From Octopus sinensis (lineage: Eukaryota): a DNA stretch of 64,000 nucleotides. Below are positions 13,401-26,329 of the stretch, piece after piece. The stretch covers positions 57,598,001 through 57,662,000 of the forward strand of contig NC_043007.1 in the NCBI RefSeq assembly GCF_006345805.1. Direction: 5' to 3'. A program made the position numbers and the translations under genes. The notes below the pieces were generated by a model that saw nothing but the letters and a program-made list of their open reading frames with translations, was not told the origin of the DNA and ran no database searches. Every line of letters starts with the position of its first letter. The first letter of the stretch is position 1.

Positions 13401-14775
13401 CGAAAAATCGAAAAAGCGAAAGTTTTCGGTATTAATTAAATCATAACATTTGGAGGAGGCACGGTGATAACCCATCGTAAAGTGGTAGACGGTGGAGTGG
13501 CGTGGTGGTAGGGGAATCTGATAGTATTTGGTAGCAATGGTATGATGATGGTAAAGGTGCTACTTGAATGAAACAGATGAGGGAGGATTCCACTTGGTAA
13601 ATCGATCGTTTTCCTGGCAATGATTTTGGTGATGATGATGAATACGTTAATAGGGATGTTGTTGTTGTCATCGTCGTTATCATTGCTGTTGGTCTGTTCT
13701 GTTAAAACTGACCTGCAACTCAAGGTATTCTAGCCGTGATCATCTGATCTTGTTAATATTTAGACATTGTGTACTTTAGACTATATTATCCAATGTGCCC
13801 AGCCTTTAATAGGACAGTGGAATGTGATATGGGAGTGAGAGTTGACTGCTATTTCTGCTAGCATTTGTTTTAGTTCATCTTCTTTAAGACATTAAGATTG
13901 GACTGCTATTGCTAAAACTACATACTCCAATGTGCCTTATCCTTCTGTAAGACGACAGGATTCGATTTAAAGGAGAATTTAGCTGTTATTTTCCGCAAGG
14001 TGGACGGTTTGACGCTGTTATCGTTTAGCACCCGGTTACTTGTGGTCAGCAGAAATATGACTAAAAGCATGCCAACCGTGACCTTTCTGCCTTTTTCGGG
14101 CTACTTCGTACTACTTAATGTAATACGTCCTTTATTTAAAACAATAGAGTGTGGTTTGTAGGAAATTTGGCTGCTACTTTTAGTCGCTCAAGCTTCTACG
14201 TAGAAGATCCCTCGTTTTATTGATGATGATGGTGTTATTGTTGTTGTTGATGGTGGTCGTCGTGGTTGGTGTGGATGATAATGATGATCGTGATTGTTTT
14301 GATAATAACAATGGAGGTAATGGCAAATAATAGCGTTACAGTTGATGATAACGATGATGAAGATGATGAAGATGATGAGGATGAAAAGTTTGCTAGTGGT
14401 GGCGGTGGTGGCAGTAGTCGTTGTGGTCGTTGTCGTTGAAGTGATAGTAACGATGTTGGTTGTGGTGATGATGATGATGGTAGTCGTTGTGATGGTAGTG
14501 TTAATAGTGATAATAGTTGTATTGGTGGTGGTGGTGGTGGTGATGGTGATGGTGGTTATGGTGATGATAATAGAACTCTTTATGTGGGTGGAAGATGGGG
14601 TGTCTGTGAAGACTTAGAAATTTGAGATAAAATATTACAAATGAAAAATAAACATACATCACTTCTAAACAACAGGAAGAACAAAAATTGGTAATTCAAA
14701 AAACACAAAAAAAATAATAAATATATAAACATCAGGGAAAAACACACATACAAACACACATACACACAAATTATG

Positions 14776-14880
14776 ATTAATTTAATAAAGAAATATATAA
14801 AGGAACAAATTAGAATTAATTAAATAAAGAAATATATAAAGGTACAAATTAGAATTAATTGAATAAACGTATATATAAAG
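14776..14880. repeat. 39-bp minisatellite, ~2.7 copies
   Basis: ATTAATT.AATAAAGAAATATATAAAGG.ACAAATTAGA starts at 14776, 14815 and 14854. Confidence 0.85.
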
Positions 14881-14990
14881 AGACAACCAGACATAAAAAC
14901 AAACATCGGCGTGGCGTCATAAAGGCTGAGAGTAAGACGGACTTTTAGAGAGGTGGAGTGAACCATTGATGTTATGCGATGTATTGCGAG

Positions 14991-14994
<4 letters not shown>

Positions 14995-15062
<68 letters not shown>

Positions 15063-15085
15063 TGATAATAATAATAATAATAATA

Positions 15086-15123
<38 letters not shown>

Positions 15124-15362
15124 TAATAATAATGGAATTGTATGGAAGTGGAATAAGACAGAGAGTGAGGAAGAGAAAGAGAAAGAGAGAATGAAAGAAA
15201 GAGAGAAAGAGAGAAAAAGAGAGAGAGAGAAAGTGTGTGTGTGTGTGTTTGCGTGTGCGTGTGTGCGCACGCGTGTTTGGAAAAGGGAACCAGGAAAGGA
15301 GAGAAGAAAGATGGAAAAACAGAGTGGAAGAGATATAGAATAATTATAAGAGCAGCATTATT

Positions 15363-15432
<70 letters not shown>

Positions 15433-15434
15433 TT

Positions 15435-15476
<42 letters not shown>

Positions 15477-15620
15477 ACATTAGTGGTGTTGGTGGTGGTG
15501 TTGTTGTTGTTGGTGGTGATGTTGTTGTTGGTGTTGTTGTTGTTGTTGGTGGTGGTGTTGGTGTTGTTGCTATTGTTGGTGGTGGTGGTGGGGGTGATGT
15601 TGGTGGTAGAAGCAGAATTA
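14995..15620. repeat. (TAA)n, (GA)n, (TAG)n and (TTG/TGG)n microsatellite cluster
   Basis: Direct. Confidence 0.9.
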
Positions 15621-16681
15621 TTATAATACGTAAAAACGTCCCTCAAATAAATTCAGACAAAACACTGTTTATGAACAGTAAATAGAGGCGGAGGAAAATT
15701 CTATACTTTGTTGTTTATTTTTATTTTTAGACAAAGAAACATGATGATTTTCTATAAGAAAATATTATTTCGAATAATTTAAACGACTAGAATAACGATA
15801 ACAGCACATACGCACGTACGCACCCACATGCACGCACTCACACGCACACATTTTGCTAAACGAAAAAATGAGCGAAAGATTAGTTTGAGCAATAAAGAAA
15901 ATAATGCCAAACTTTCTCTTCACTCACGGGACCTCTAATAGCCGGACTCTAGACATGAATTACTTGGCTGATATTGTGTTCTGGCAGATTTGTATAACCA
16001 AGACAGGTGCATCTAAACCGCAGTCCCTAATCGAGTAACAAGAAATAAAGAAAATGATGTATATTTGTATCTCGAAAACCACGGGAATGTTTTTTCAATT
16101 CTTATAAACAGCAACTGTACGCACCTCTGGCCAGTATGTTACACGCCTGCCCAGAACCTTGTATCACGGTCATTGAAGTGGTTACCCAATGATTATTTTA
16201 AGAGATATTAGTTATGATAATGTTTGGCCAGTCATACAGATGTATGTTGCTAGAAAGAGCATGTGGTCATCTCTGATGCAAAGAAGTATGACTTGCGGTT
16301 GAGTGGTGTCTATACAGAAATACAAGTCTTAAGGACTACAGAAGGCCATAAAGCCATCCGTGGATGATCTAGTTTTGAAATTTGAGGAAAAAAATCCATG
16401 CGACTCGTACTATAGGGTAGAGATTTCAGACGATTTTTACCAAAGATCATTGAGGTTATTCTGTCCAGAGGAAGTGGAAAGAAAGAATAAATAAATAAAT
16501 AAAAAGACTGCAACATTAACTCCAAGAAGAAGAAGAAGAAGAAGAAGAGCAACAACAACAACAACAACAATAACGACAACGACAACAACAACAACAACAG
16601 TCCACAGAATTTACTATTCAAAAGGCTGTAGAAATGTGATTATATATGTTTAACAAGTTCTATTGGCCGGTATATATATTA

Positions 16682-17314
16682 TTTTTGTCGATCCCGAAAG
16701 GGTGCCAGACAGAGATGACCTCAGCAAAATTTGAACTCAGAATGTAAAGAGTTGAAACAGATACCGCAAAAAAAATTATTTGGCGCTTTTCTAACATAGG
16801 TACAAGACCAGAAATTTGAGAATTTGGTCGATTAAATCGACTTAGTACATGACTGGTGCATTATTTTATAATCTCCCAAATGATAAAAGTTAACCACAGC
16901 GGATTTTAAATAAAGGACATAAATCAGTCAACCTTAAAGCGCAAAAACAATAATTGGCGTAATGACAATAACAATGGGTTGGTGCAGAGGGAGGGAGTAA
17001 GTCGATTAAATTGACCCCCAGTGTTCAACTGCTACTTATCTTATTGACTGTCAAAGAGCTAAGTCGACTTCGGCGGAATTTGAACTCAGAACGTTAGGAC
17101 GGACGAAATGCCGCTAAATATTTTGCCCGGCGTGCTAACGATTCTGCCAGCTTAATAATAATAATCCTTTCTACTAAAGGCACAAGGCCTGGAATTTTGG
17201 GGAGAGGAAACTAGTTGATTACTTATTTTATTGACCCCGAAAGTATGAAAAGCAAAGTCGATTCGAGCTCTGCCAGCTCGCCGCCTCAATAATAATAATG
17301 ATAACAATAATAAC

Positions 17315-17359
<45 letters not shown>

Positions 17360-17550
17360 TAATAATAATCCTTTCTACTAAGGACACAAGGCCTGAAATG
17401 TTGGTGGGAGGGTACTAGTCGATTTCATCGATCTTAATACTCAACTGCTACTTATTTCATCGAACCCTAAAGGATGAAAGGCAAATTCGACCTCACCGAA
17501 CGAAATGCCGCTAAGCAATTTGCCCGGCGTGCTAACGATTCTGTCAGCTG
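16682..17550 (-). mobile_element. Cluster of 4-5 head-to-tail SINE family A copies or fragments separated by (TAA)n
   Basis: Copies at ~16682-16797, 16975-17153, 17160-17287 and 17367-17550, all on the minus strand. Confidence 0.85.
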
Positions 17551-17560
17551 AATAATGATG

Positions 17561-17620
<60 letters not shown>

Positions 17621-17623
<3 letters not shown>

Positions 17624-17990
17624 GATATATCTGTCCCACAAGATCAAAATGTCTCAAGAAAGGAATACGAAAAGCTTTCTCACTATAAAGATCAGCAAAT
17701 TGAAATCCCAAAAATGTGGAAGCTTAGTGCTACGATAATACTAGTGGTAATTGGTGCGTTGGGAATGATAAAGAAGGGAGCTGAGAAGTATATTAAGCAA
17801 CTCCCTGGTAACTCCAATCTCCGTGAACCAATATACTACGGAAATCACTCTCCATCTAAAATGGAATAAATGTGGTGAAATTTTTAGCATGCATAGCAAA
17901 ACAAAAGTGCCCTGGCTACTCTTGGCCTCCGGAGGATGCCCGGTACTAAGGCAGCTGAAATAAAATTATAATGAAAGGAAGCCATAAATT
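17621..17990 (+). mobile_element. R4/Dong-clade non-LTR retrotransposon 3' fragment in (TAA)n
   Basis: IDISVPQDQNVSRKEYEKLSHYKD..IEIPKMWK..VVIGALG is the C-terminal restriction-like endonuclease (RLE) region; (TAA)n on both sides. Confidence 0.8.
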
Positions 17991-18171
17991 ATAATAATAA
18001 GAGCTTCTACTGAAAGTTTGCTTCTTAGAGACAGGAAAGATTATAAAGAAGCGCTTACAAGGTTATTGAAAGGCTCTGGATACCAAAGGTTACAGGTAGT
18101 AACCCGTTACCCACGTAAATTCTACCAGGACCGAACCTAAATCAAATTAATGATAATAATAATAATAAGAA

Positions 18172-18372
18172 TAATAATTCTTTCTAATTTTGGTACAAGG
18201 CCACCAATTTTAGCGAGTGGAGTTAATCGATGAAATCGATTCCAGGATATGACTAGTATTTATATTACTGATCCTGAAAAGAAGAAAGGCAAAGTTGACC
18301 CGGGCGGAATTTGAACTCAGTACGTTATGAGTCTGAAGAAATACCGCTATGCGTTTTGTATGACGCACTACC
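18172..18372 (-). mobile_element. SINE family A
   Basis: GGCGGAATTTGAACTCAG and GGCAAAGTTGAC reverse-complement core. Confidence 0.8.
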
Positions 18373-19776
18373 GACGATAACAAAAAATCATAACAACAAT
18401 AGCAACAATAATTGAGATGGAAATCGAGGATGAAAATCGAGAAGAGAAAGAAAGGGTGTTGAAGGAAAGCAAAATATCATGTTGACAGTAGTTTGACAAA
18501 TATAGTGGAAGAATAGGAGGAGAAAAGGGTAGAGAAAGAGCAATAAAGATGTAATCCAAACGAATAATGGAAGGGCCTGACGTGTGTTTTTAGTGGTGGC
18601 GATGGTGGTGGTGAAGGGGTGGCGTTGATAATGAAGGGTTTGGGACTCGGTAAAATTGAAATTAGCATGAAACAAACAAAGCAGAAACGAAAACAAAAAT
18701 CCACTAAAATCTGGTGTGATAAATTGATTGAAGATTAACAAGGCCGTGTTTGTTACATAGCTTTTAGAGAGAGAGTGCGGTTCATCAGATAAAGCGTTAT
18801 ATAGACGGATAGAGGCGGTGTAACGGAAGTATAAACAAATCGAGACATCTACCTATCTACATTTCTATCTATTTACACCCTCTCTTTTCCTATATGTGTG
18901 TGTGTGTGTGTATGTGTATGTGTGCGTGCATGCACATATACATACACACATGCGTGTACGTGTATCTATGCGCATGTATATTTTTAAATGGCATTAAGAA
19001 CAGTAGATAGCATTTGCTAAAAGAAAAAAGAATTCAATGCTGGAGTAGGGTCTAAATATTTTATTTAAATAGATAAAAAAATGTGACTTCGTAGTTTCAT
19101 CAGCAATGGGTCGATATATATAAATATATATATATATGTGTGTGTGTATGTGTGCGTGTGTGTGTGTGTGTGTATATATGTATATATGTATATATACATG
19201 CACATATACATACATATACATAGATAATAATAGATTTGTGCATATGTACATATTTATATAAATATATACGTATACGTATACATGCATACATACATACATG
19301 TGTGTGGTGTGTGTGTGTGTATTTAGAGTATCTGTGCAGTCTGTAATCCGGTCGTGACCAGGGAAGTAATAGCTACGTGATTGTAAGTGAGTTCGGTGTC
19401 AATTTGTGATCATAAATTAATGTTTACAAAAGAATAATATTTACTATTGTTTTTATTTAACCTTTCAGCTATTTATTCATCTTTTTGTTCATAATCTTCA
19501 TACTAATTCTTGTCTTTACATCAAATCAAAACGGAACATTTTGATATATCTGCAGTAGATTGCTGACTTTTGAGCACCGTAAAATGGCCCATAGATTACT
19601 AACGGAACAGATGAGATAGCATTACTTGAACTTAACCACTTTTACGTTTTATACTATATTTAGGAAAGCCAGACACACGATCTCGGTGCGGAGTAGTCGA
19701 TTTGTCAGTGACTTGACTAGGAATGAAATTGTTGTTCGAATCCAGTGAGTGAGGTTGTTCGTCATTTTACACACAC

Positions 19777-19843
<67 letters not shown>

Positions 19844-19869
19844 TATAGATATATATAAATAAATAAAAA

Positions 19870-19981
19870 CTTACTTGGAGAAGAGAAACAACGCGTGCGT
19901 TCGGTCATATAATAACAATACAATAAATAAATATAACATATGCATATATACATACTCACATCTATATGTATATATACATGC

Positions 19982-20040
<59 letters not shown>

Positions 20041-20379
20041 TATGAGTACAGGACACCACAAATAAATGTAGAACACAAAGAGAAACGAAAACATAAAATC
20101 AAGCAAGGAAAGGGACTTTTTTTTAACAACGAAAAAACAGAGTACAGGACAAACAATACAAGGAAAATTCCCCTTCATCAGCTGCCCCTGGTTCGACTCA
20201 ATGCGTGTTTCGAAGGTAAGGGTAGAACACGGCCAGGCCGAAACAGTCCTTCCTGCAAAAGGAATTAAATAAAATTCTTTTGCAGAGGGGTAAAACAAGT
20301 GAATTCCTTTTCCGTGTTTGATTTTATGTTTTCGTTTCTCGTTGTGTTCTACGTTTATTTGTGGTGTCCTGTACTCATA

Positions 20380-20463
<84 letters not shown>

Positions 20464-20531
20464 TGTATATATACATATAGATGTGAGTATGTACATAGAT
20501 GTATGTATATATGCATATGTTTTATTTATTT

Positions 20532-20532
<1 letters not shown>
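19870..20532. mobile_element. Unclassified dispersed repeat in inverted-duplicated form (family also at 58810-59240 and 59590-59700)
   Basis: 66-bp inverted core 20040-20105/20315-20380 with 3 mismatches, extending through the TA-rich flanks; homologous GAGTACAGGACACC..GAGAAACGAAAACATA at 58890-58945. Confidence 0.75.
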
Positions 20533-20581
<49 letters not shown>

Positions 20582-20974
20582 ATGTTTACAATTTAATTTA
20601 GTTGTCGAACTAAATTAGGTTGACATAGATTTGCTTAAATTGATCTGATTAAATAGGCTGATATGTCACTACAAAATATAACACATTGAGGAAAAGTTTT
20701 AGCGATCGAATTGTTTCGAAATCAAATCAAAATCCTAAGAGATTATTTGAGTTATAAGATTCAAATGCCGCTAGCAATTTAGGAAGAATATCCCAATGCG
20801 GTTTCTCCTGATATTTAGATTTGTTCCTGTTTAAAAGTAACTTTTTTTCTTTTTATCTACTAGTATCGCTTTTAAATTTTTGACAGATTACTTTCTTCAT
20901 ATAATAATATCGTCTTCTTTCTCTTTTTCTCTCTCACTCTTTCTAGCCTCTTTCTGTTATACTATAAGTAAACC

Positions 20975-21690
20975 GTCTTGGTCAGCACCGTCTGACATGT
21001 TTCCACTGGGCCTTCCTGGTCCACAGCGGTAACTGGCTCAATGCAGTTCCACCACTCTCGACTGGCACTGAGCTGCGTAACGACTGCTCGCGCATCGGTG
21101 TTTCCGTGAAGCTTGACCTCCGGATCAGTAAGCTTTGCAAACACCGCTGTGGATCCACTATGGACTCTTCCGGACTCCACCCATTGTCATGCCATTATAG
21201 TGCTGGCCACCTTCCACACCATGCTGCACCCAAAAATATGTTAAAACACTCTCTAGACGTTGCAGGCTTCCCTTCCCATCTCGAGACTGCAGGGATGGAC
21301 AGAGAAGACGGTAAAAGCCAGACTGCATAAAAATCTTCCCGTTCCGCAGCGTTAGGCCCCTCATCTTAGCTGCCGTATTCTGCGACACCTCCGGCGGCAA
21401 TCTGGTATGTTCGGCTGCCAGCTCAGGCTTCGCTGCTCATCAAGCTGCGAAGAGCAAAATGTCAAAGCACCTCCCACTCTCTGACAGATTTGTAGTCGAG
21501 CCTGTGGCAATGTAGACACCCCGTCCCCAGCGTCCTTGCTCCCCGTACAATACCCCTGCTATCAGAGCAGAGATGACTATCCGCAAGTGCCAGTGCCGTG
21601 AGTCGGACTGGTTTTTCCAGCACGTCTCTCTCACCATCTTCCGGGATAATGCCTTTTCCATTTTGTCCACCAGGGCGAACTGGCAAGTCT
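20975..21690 (+). pseudogene. CRE-clade non-LTR retrotransposon C-terminus (zinc finger + RLE), degenerate
   Basis: HSGNWLNAVP, CKHRCGSTMDSSGLHPLSC...HH (CCHC-like), LETAGMDREDGK(R)PD, then after a frameshift ..DT..FAAHQAAKSK..PVA..FQHVSLTIFRDNAFSIL. These match CRE-type SGDWLNAxP / DGKRPDG / RGNAxSIL motifs. Confidence 0.8.
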
Positions 21691-21894
21691 TTTCAGTTGT
21701 TGTAATCATCTGTTAAACGGGTAAAATTAAGAAAATAAAGAATAAAAGCACTTCACAAGAATGACCAATAAGATACGACATTCATACATAACTATTTGTG
21801 CTAGATTATCTGGTTCTCGCCCAGAAACACACGATTATTAACCGACCATTTCTCCTGTGTTATCAATATATCTTAATAAAAATTGAGGGAAGTA

Positions 21895-22115
21895 CAGCAA
21901 TCCCTCGACTATAGCGGGTGTTACGTTCCAAAATCCCCCACAATAGATGAAAATCTGCGAAGTAGAAACAGTACTGCACTGTATTTTTTTAAATAAATTT
22001 TATAATTTGTATATATTTATTTTATTATAAATGCGAAACAACACTACGGAGGAATCGACGTAAGATTAGATAATAAACCGCGATAGGTGAGCCGCGATAT
22101 GGCGAGGGATTACTG
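21895..22115. mobile_element. Tigger/pogo-type MITE (221 bp)
   Basis: Termini CAGCAATCCCTCGACTATAGCGG and CCGCGATATGGCGAGGGATTACTG form imperfect ~23-bp TIRs; TA duplications at 21893-21894 and 22116-22117. Confidence 0.88.
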
Positions 22116-22714
22116 TACAACCTTTTCTCCACTTTGCAGTTCTCTCTGCTAGCCCTATATTGACGATATTGAAATCCCCACCTATTGACTGGAAGACAAC
22201 GGAGAGATATAACAGCAAGCTTTTTAAATAACGATTTGGTATTCCTCTTTTTCAACTCACTCTCAGAATTTCAAATCCAGCTTATATAATCGTTTGAAGA
22301 GTAATGTAATTTTTTAAAGACTTATGACTAATTGGGCTTATGTTCATATAGTTACCAATGATGGTTTTGCTGAGATATGGTCACGAGGAAGATAATCGGT
22401 TGACGTAACAATTCAGCTAGCAGTAGCCAGTTTAATAAAATTAACGCCAGGATTAAGACTAGCTAATCAAGATTTGCACTGAAACAATTTTCGAACTTAA
22501 GTGTCTAGGGAAGATGAAAAGTAACTGTAAAGGAGTTTGTTTTGTTTTTTGTTGTTTTTTTTTACTTCAGATCGAACCTTTTTCTCGAAAATAGAAACGT
22601 CTAAATTGAAGTTCATTTCGCATATGTCCGTGATATACTGATAGCTCCGAGTAATCTCAAACAGTTATTAGATAAGCCAGCTTTTGATACGTCATACACT
22701 GAGTAGAGGATGAA

Positions 22715-22915
22715 TCACTCTGAGCAACACCTCGTTCGCATCGGTGTGCAGAATTTCTTCCAGCTCTTTACATTCTGAATTCAAATCCGGCTGAGGTTAA
22801 TTTTGGCTTTCGTCCATTTGGTGTCGATAAAATAAAGTACTAGTCAAAAACTGGGCTTGAAGGTATCGAAAAACCCAATCCCTTCAAAACTGTTGGGTTC
22901 GTGCTAAATCATAAA
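22715..22915 (+). mobile_element. Degenerate SINE family A
   Basis: CTGAATTCAAATCCGGCTGAGG...GTCGATAAAATAAAGTACTAG. Confidence 0.6.
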
Positions 22916-23222
22916 CAATTATAATAGAGTACCAAATGGTTTATTCAATACATAAAACAAGAAATATATTATTGATTCTTGTAAGGCTGTTACTAAATTC
23001 ATTGTGGATTTTGTGGTGAAGTTTTGGACTCTTTTCAACCTCAAAGAGAGTAAATTCCGACGAGTTGAAATATGTAAGATGATTTTGGAATATAATTTAA
23101 CATCATAGATTGTAGAATTAAGGAAGAACAACCGCCAAAATTTCCAATAACCTCGAGCTATGCTGTTGAAATAACTAAACATTGGCAAAGTCGGATGACA
23201 TGCGCTTGATCTACTGGTACGT

Positions 23223-23270
<48 letters not shown>

Positions 23271-23279
23271 GTGTGTGTG

Positions 23280-23310
<31 letters not shown>

Positions 23311-23543
23311 ACGGAGAACATACGGGGGACAAAGGAGGAGAGAGAGAGGAGGGAAGTATTTAGAAGAGAGTCAGGAACAGCTTATAATGTTCTTTTTCTT
23401 TTACATAATATGGCGAGCAAATCGTTACCTGACAATGCTATCGTTCACTAAATATGATGCAAATTCTTTAAAAAGAATTAGTAAAGAACAAAATGGAGCT
23501 GTAAATAATGAAGATATTAAAGGGACAAATAATAAAGATAATA

Positions 23544-24832
23544 CGAGGGGCGTTCAATAAGTAATGCCCTGACCCACTTCCCATAGCAGTAGAGCAACGA
23601 AACTTGGCACAGTTATTAGTCTTTTTCTACATAGGAACCACCCAGAGTTACGCATTTCTCCCATTGTTTGATGCAGCTCTAGAGACCGTTTTTGTAGAAG
23701 AACCCAGCTTGGTCCTCCAACCTCAACGTGACTTCAGAAATCAAGGCTGCATCATCTGGGAAACGCTTTCCTTTCAAAAGCAACTTCATGACTGGGAAGA
23801 GGTGAAAATCAGAGGGTGCAAGGTCAGGAAAGTAGGGGGATGGGGGAGGAGTTCATAGCCATACGCCTGTGCTTCTGATCTGGCGACAAGCGAGTTGTGG
23901 ACCGGAGCGTTGTCCTGCAGGAGGAGGATGCCTTTGCTGATCTTGCCCCGCCTCTTGATTTTGATAACTTCTCTTCATTTCCTCAAAAGTGAAGCATAAT
24001 AGGCTCCTGTAATTGTGGTACCCTTTGCCAGGAAATCTGTCAACACTACTCCGTCCTGGTCCCAGAAGACTGTGAGCATGACCTTGCCAGCGGAGGGCTG
24101 CACCCTTGCCTTCTTTGGAGGGGGTGAGTCACGGTGCTTCCACTGCATTGACTGGGCTTTGGTCTCTGGATCATCGTGATGGACCCAGGTTTCATCCTGT
24201 GTAATCAGTCTTTTGAAAAATGTTGACTCATCTTCTTGACACATCTCCAAATTCACCCTCGAGCACTCGACGCGTTCTTGCTTCTGGAAAGGCGTGAGCA
24301 ACCTGGGAATCCATCTGGCAGACACCTTTTGCATATGCAAATGGTCATGAATGATAGTTTCCACAGACCCGGTACTAATCTTGACCTCATGGGCTATTTG
24401 ACGAATAATTATGCGTCGATCTTCCAAAATGGCAGCCTCAACTTGACGGACAGATGCCTCATCAATGGCAGAATGGGCGACCAGATCTGGGAGCTGTTTC
24501 CACAGAGTTCCGACCATGTTTGAATTCACGATGCCAGCGTTTTACAAGGTCATATGATGGGGCATCATCACCATAAGTTACTTTCATTTCATCAAAAGTC
24601 TCCCGTGGTGTGCGTCCTTTCAAATAAATAAACCGGATCACTGCTCGACACTCAACAGGCTCCATTTCACACTTGACTCGGTTCAAACACCTGTAAATCA
24701 GAAACCACAATTAATTCAGAGCTGTAGTTTGCCACTTACTCTATAGAGATATAAATGATTGCACATGCAAAATTTCAGCTAGATCAAACAACTGAAAGTG
24801 GGTCAGAGACATTACTTATTGAACGTCCCTCG
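23544..24832 (-). mobile_element. Full-length mariner (1289 bp, irritans-like subfamily)
   Basis: ~36-bp TIRs CGAGGG(G/A)CGTTCAATAAGTAATG..TGACCCACTT; TA target duplications at 23542-23543 and 24833-24834. Confidence 0.95.
23616..24665 (-). pseudogene. mariner DD34D transposase, disrupted
   Basis: MEPVECRAVIRF..RSGRP, SARWIPRLLT, ITQDETWV, QDNAPVH, HPPY.PDLAPSDFHLF (34 residues between the last two Asp). Frameshifts near 24490 and 23835; stops near 23975 and 23678. Confidence 0.93.
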
Positions 24833-25049
24833 TAATAAAGATATCAATCATACACAGGGAGACGACTTCAACGGCTAGACACACGATGAGTATATTACGA
24901 CTACTGCAACTGTCACTGCTGCGGTTGTCAATCTTTTATTTTTTACTTATTTCACTCATTAGCCTGCAGTGATTCTGTGGCACCGCCTTGAAGAATCTTT
25001 GCCGAATTCATCGACTCCGGTGCTTTTATTTTTTTTTTTACCTTTTAAG

Positions 25050-26315
25050 CCTGATTGGCAAGAAAGTAATTTCGGTTTTTTAGTGTGAAATAAAAGTAAT
25101 TTTTTTTCATACAAAGAATGAACTTTAATCAACTATATATTTTCCATTTTGTTTGATGACCTTTTGCCATCTTTCAGACAATTTCATGATTCGGCGCTCA
25201 TAGAACTTCTGGTCCTTATCAGCCAAAAACTGAAGCAAGTGCGATTTCAGGTCATCATCATTCTCGAAAGTTTTACCATCCAAAGAATTTTGCAAACTTC
25301 GAAATAAATGGTAATCTGATGGTGCAAGATCAGGGCTATATGGTGGTTGGGACATTACTGCCCAACCAAGCTCCACTAATTTTTCACGTGTGTGGATACC
25401 GATGTCATGGTGGAATGCGATTCCTTTACGATTTGCCAATTCAGTCCGTTTTTCTTTAATTGCTGCCTCCAGTTTCATTAGCTATTGACAGTAAACATCT
25501 GAATTGATCGTTTGGTTCCTTGGAAGCAGCTCAAAATACGCAACACCTTTGTAATCCCAGCAAATTGACAGCATGACCCTTTTTATGCAATTCAGCTTTC
25601 GATGTGGTTTACGCTTGGACCATGATCGTTTTCGATTGATGTTATTGTAGACAATCCATTTTTCATCATCAGTGATGATTCTTTAAAAAGAAAGGTCGAT
25701 TTCATTGCGTTTGAGATGCATATCGCAAATAATAATTCGTTGTGTTAAGTGAATCTCTTTCAATTTATGTGGAACCCAAATATCGAGCTTCTTAACTAGT
25801 CCAAGACATTTTAAGTGATTTTCGATTGTTGTGTGTGATACATTTAATATCTCTGCAATGTATCGCACAGTTATATGACTATCAGATTCAGATATGCCTT
25901 TGATTTAGTCATCATTATCTTCAGTAGGTCGACCAGAACATTGGTCATCTTCAGTGAAAAATATCCAGAACGGAATTTTTAAACCATTTCTGATATGTGC
26001 GTTCTCTTAAACACCATAAACTTCACATATCTCTTTGTGAGCCTCAGCAGCTTTCTTGACTTTACGAAAATAAAATAAGTAAAATATGTCGAAAATGTTT
26101 GTTTTTGCACTCCATGTTACAATTGACACTGAACTAACAGCTGTGAACAAAATTACGCACAATTTGCTTCTAAAGTAAGCTAAAAGTAACAGCTATCAAA
26201 TGTCAAAACAGCTATCAAATGTCAAAATGAAAAAAAAAACATAACATTGACAAAAGTCATTAAAAAAATCGGAAATCTATTTGCGAAAAACGAAATTACT
26301 TCCTTCACAACCCAA
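25050..26315 (-). mobile_element. Second mariner (mellifera-like subfamily), heavily decayed
   Basis: TIR remnants ..GGCAAGAAAGTAATTTCGGTTTT and AAAAACGAAATTACTTCC..CAACCCAA followed by TA; ~1.27 kb. Confidence 0.85.
25125..26115 (-). pseudogene. mariner transposase remnant
   Basis: MECKNKHFRHIL.., KLDIWVPHKL, FHHD, PPYSPDLAPSDYHLFRSLQNSL..RWQKVIKQNGKYIVD; many stops and indels. Confidence 0.9.
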
Positions 26316-26329
26316 TATAATATTGGTCC

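Noticed and set aside
20165-20222. Possible type II hammerhead on the minus strand (CCUUC-GAAA...GUC...CUGAUGA-AGGGG)
   Set aside because: The segment that must form stem I does not pair, and the homologue at 59020-59080 has lost GAAA and does not conserve the structure.
23530-24843. 11-bp direct repeat TAATAAAGATA on both sides of the mariner
   Set aside because: It overlaps the TA duplication and most likely reflects a pre-existing AT-rich tandem; mariners duplicate only TA.
26188-26227. 19-bp tandem duplication
   Set aside because: Lies inside the mariner 5' UTR; a trivial slippage product.
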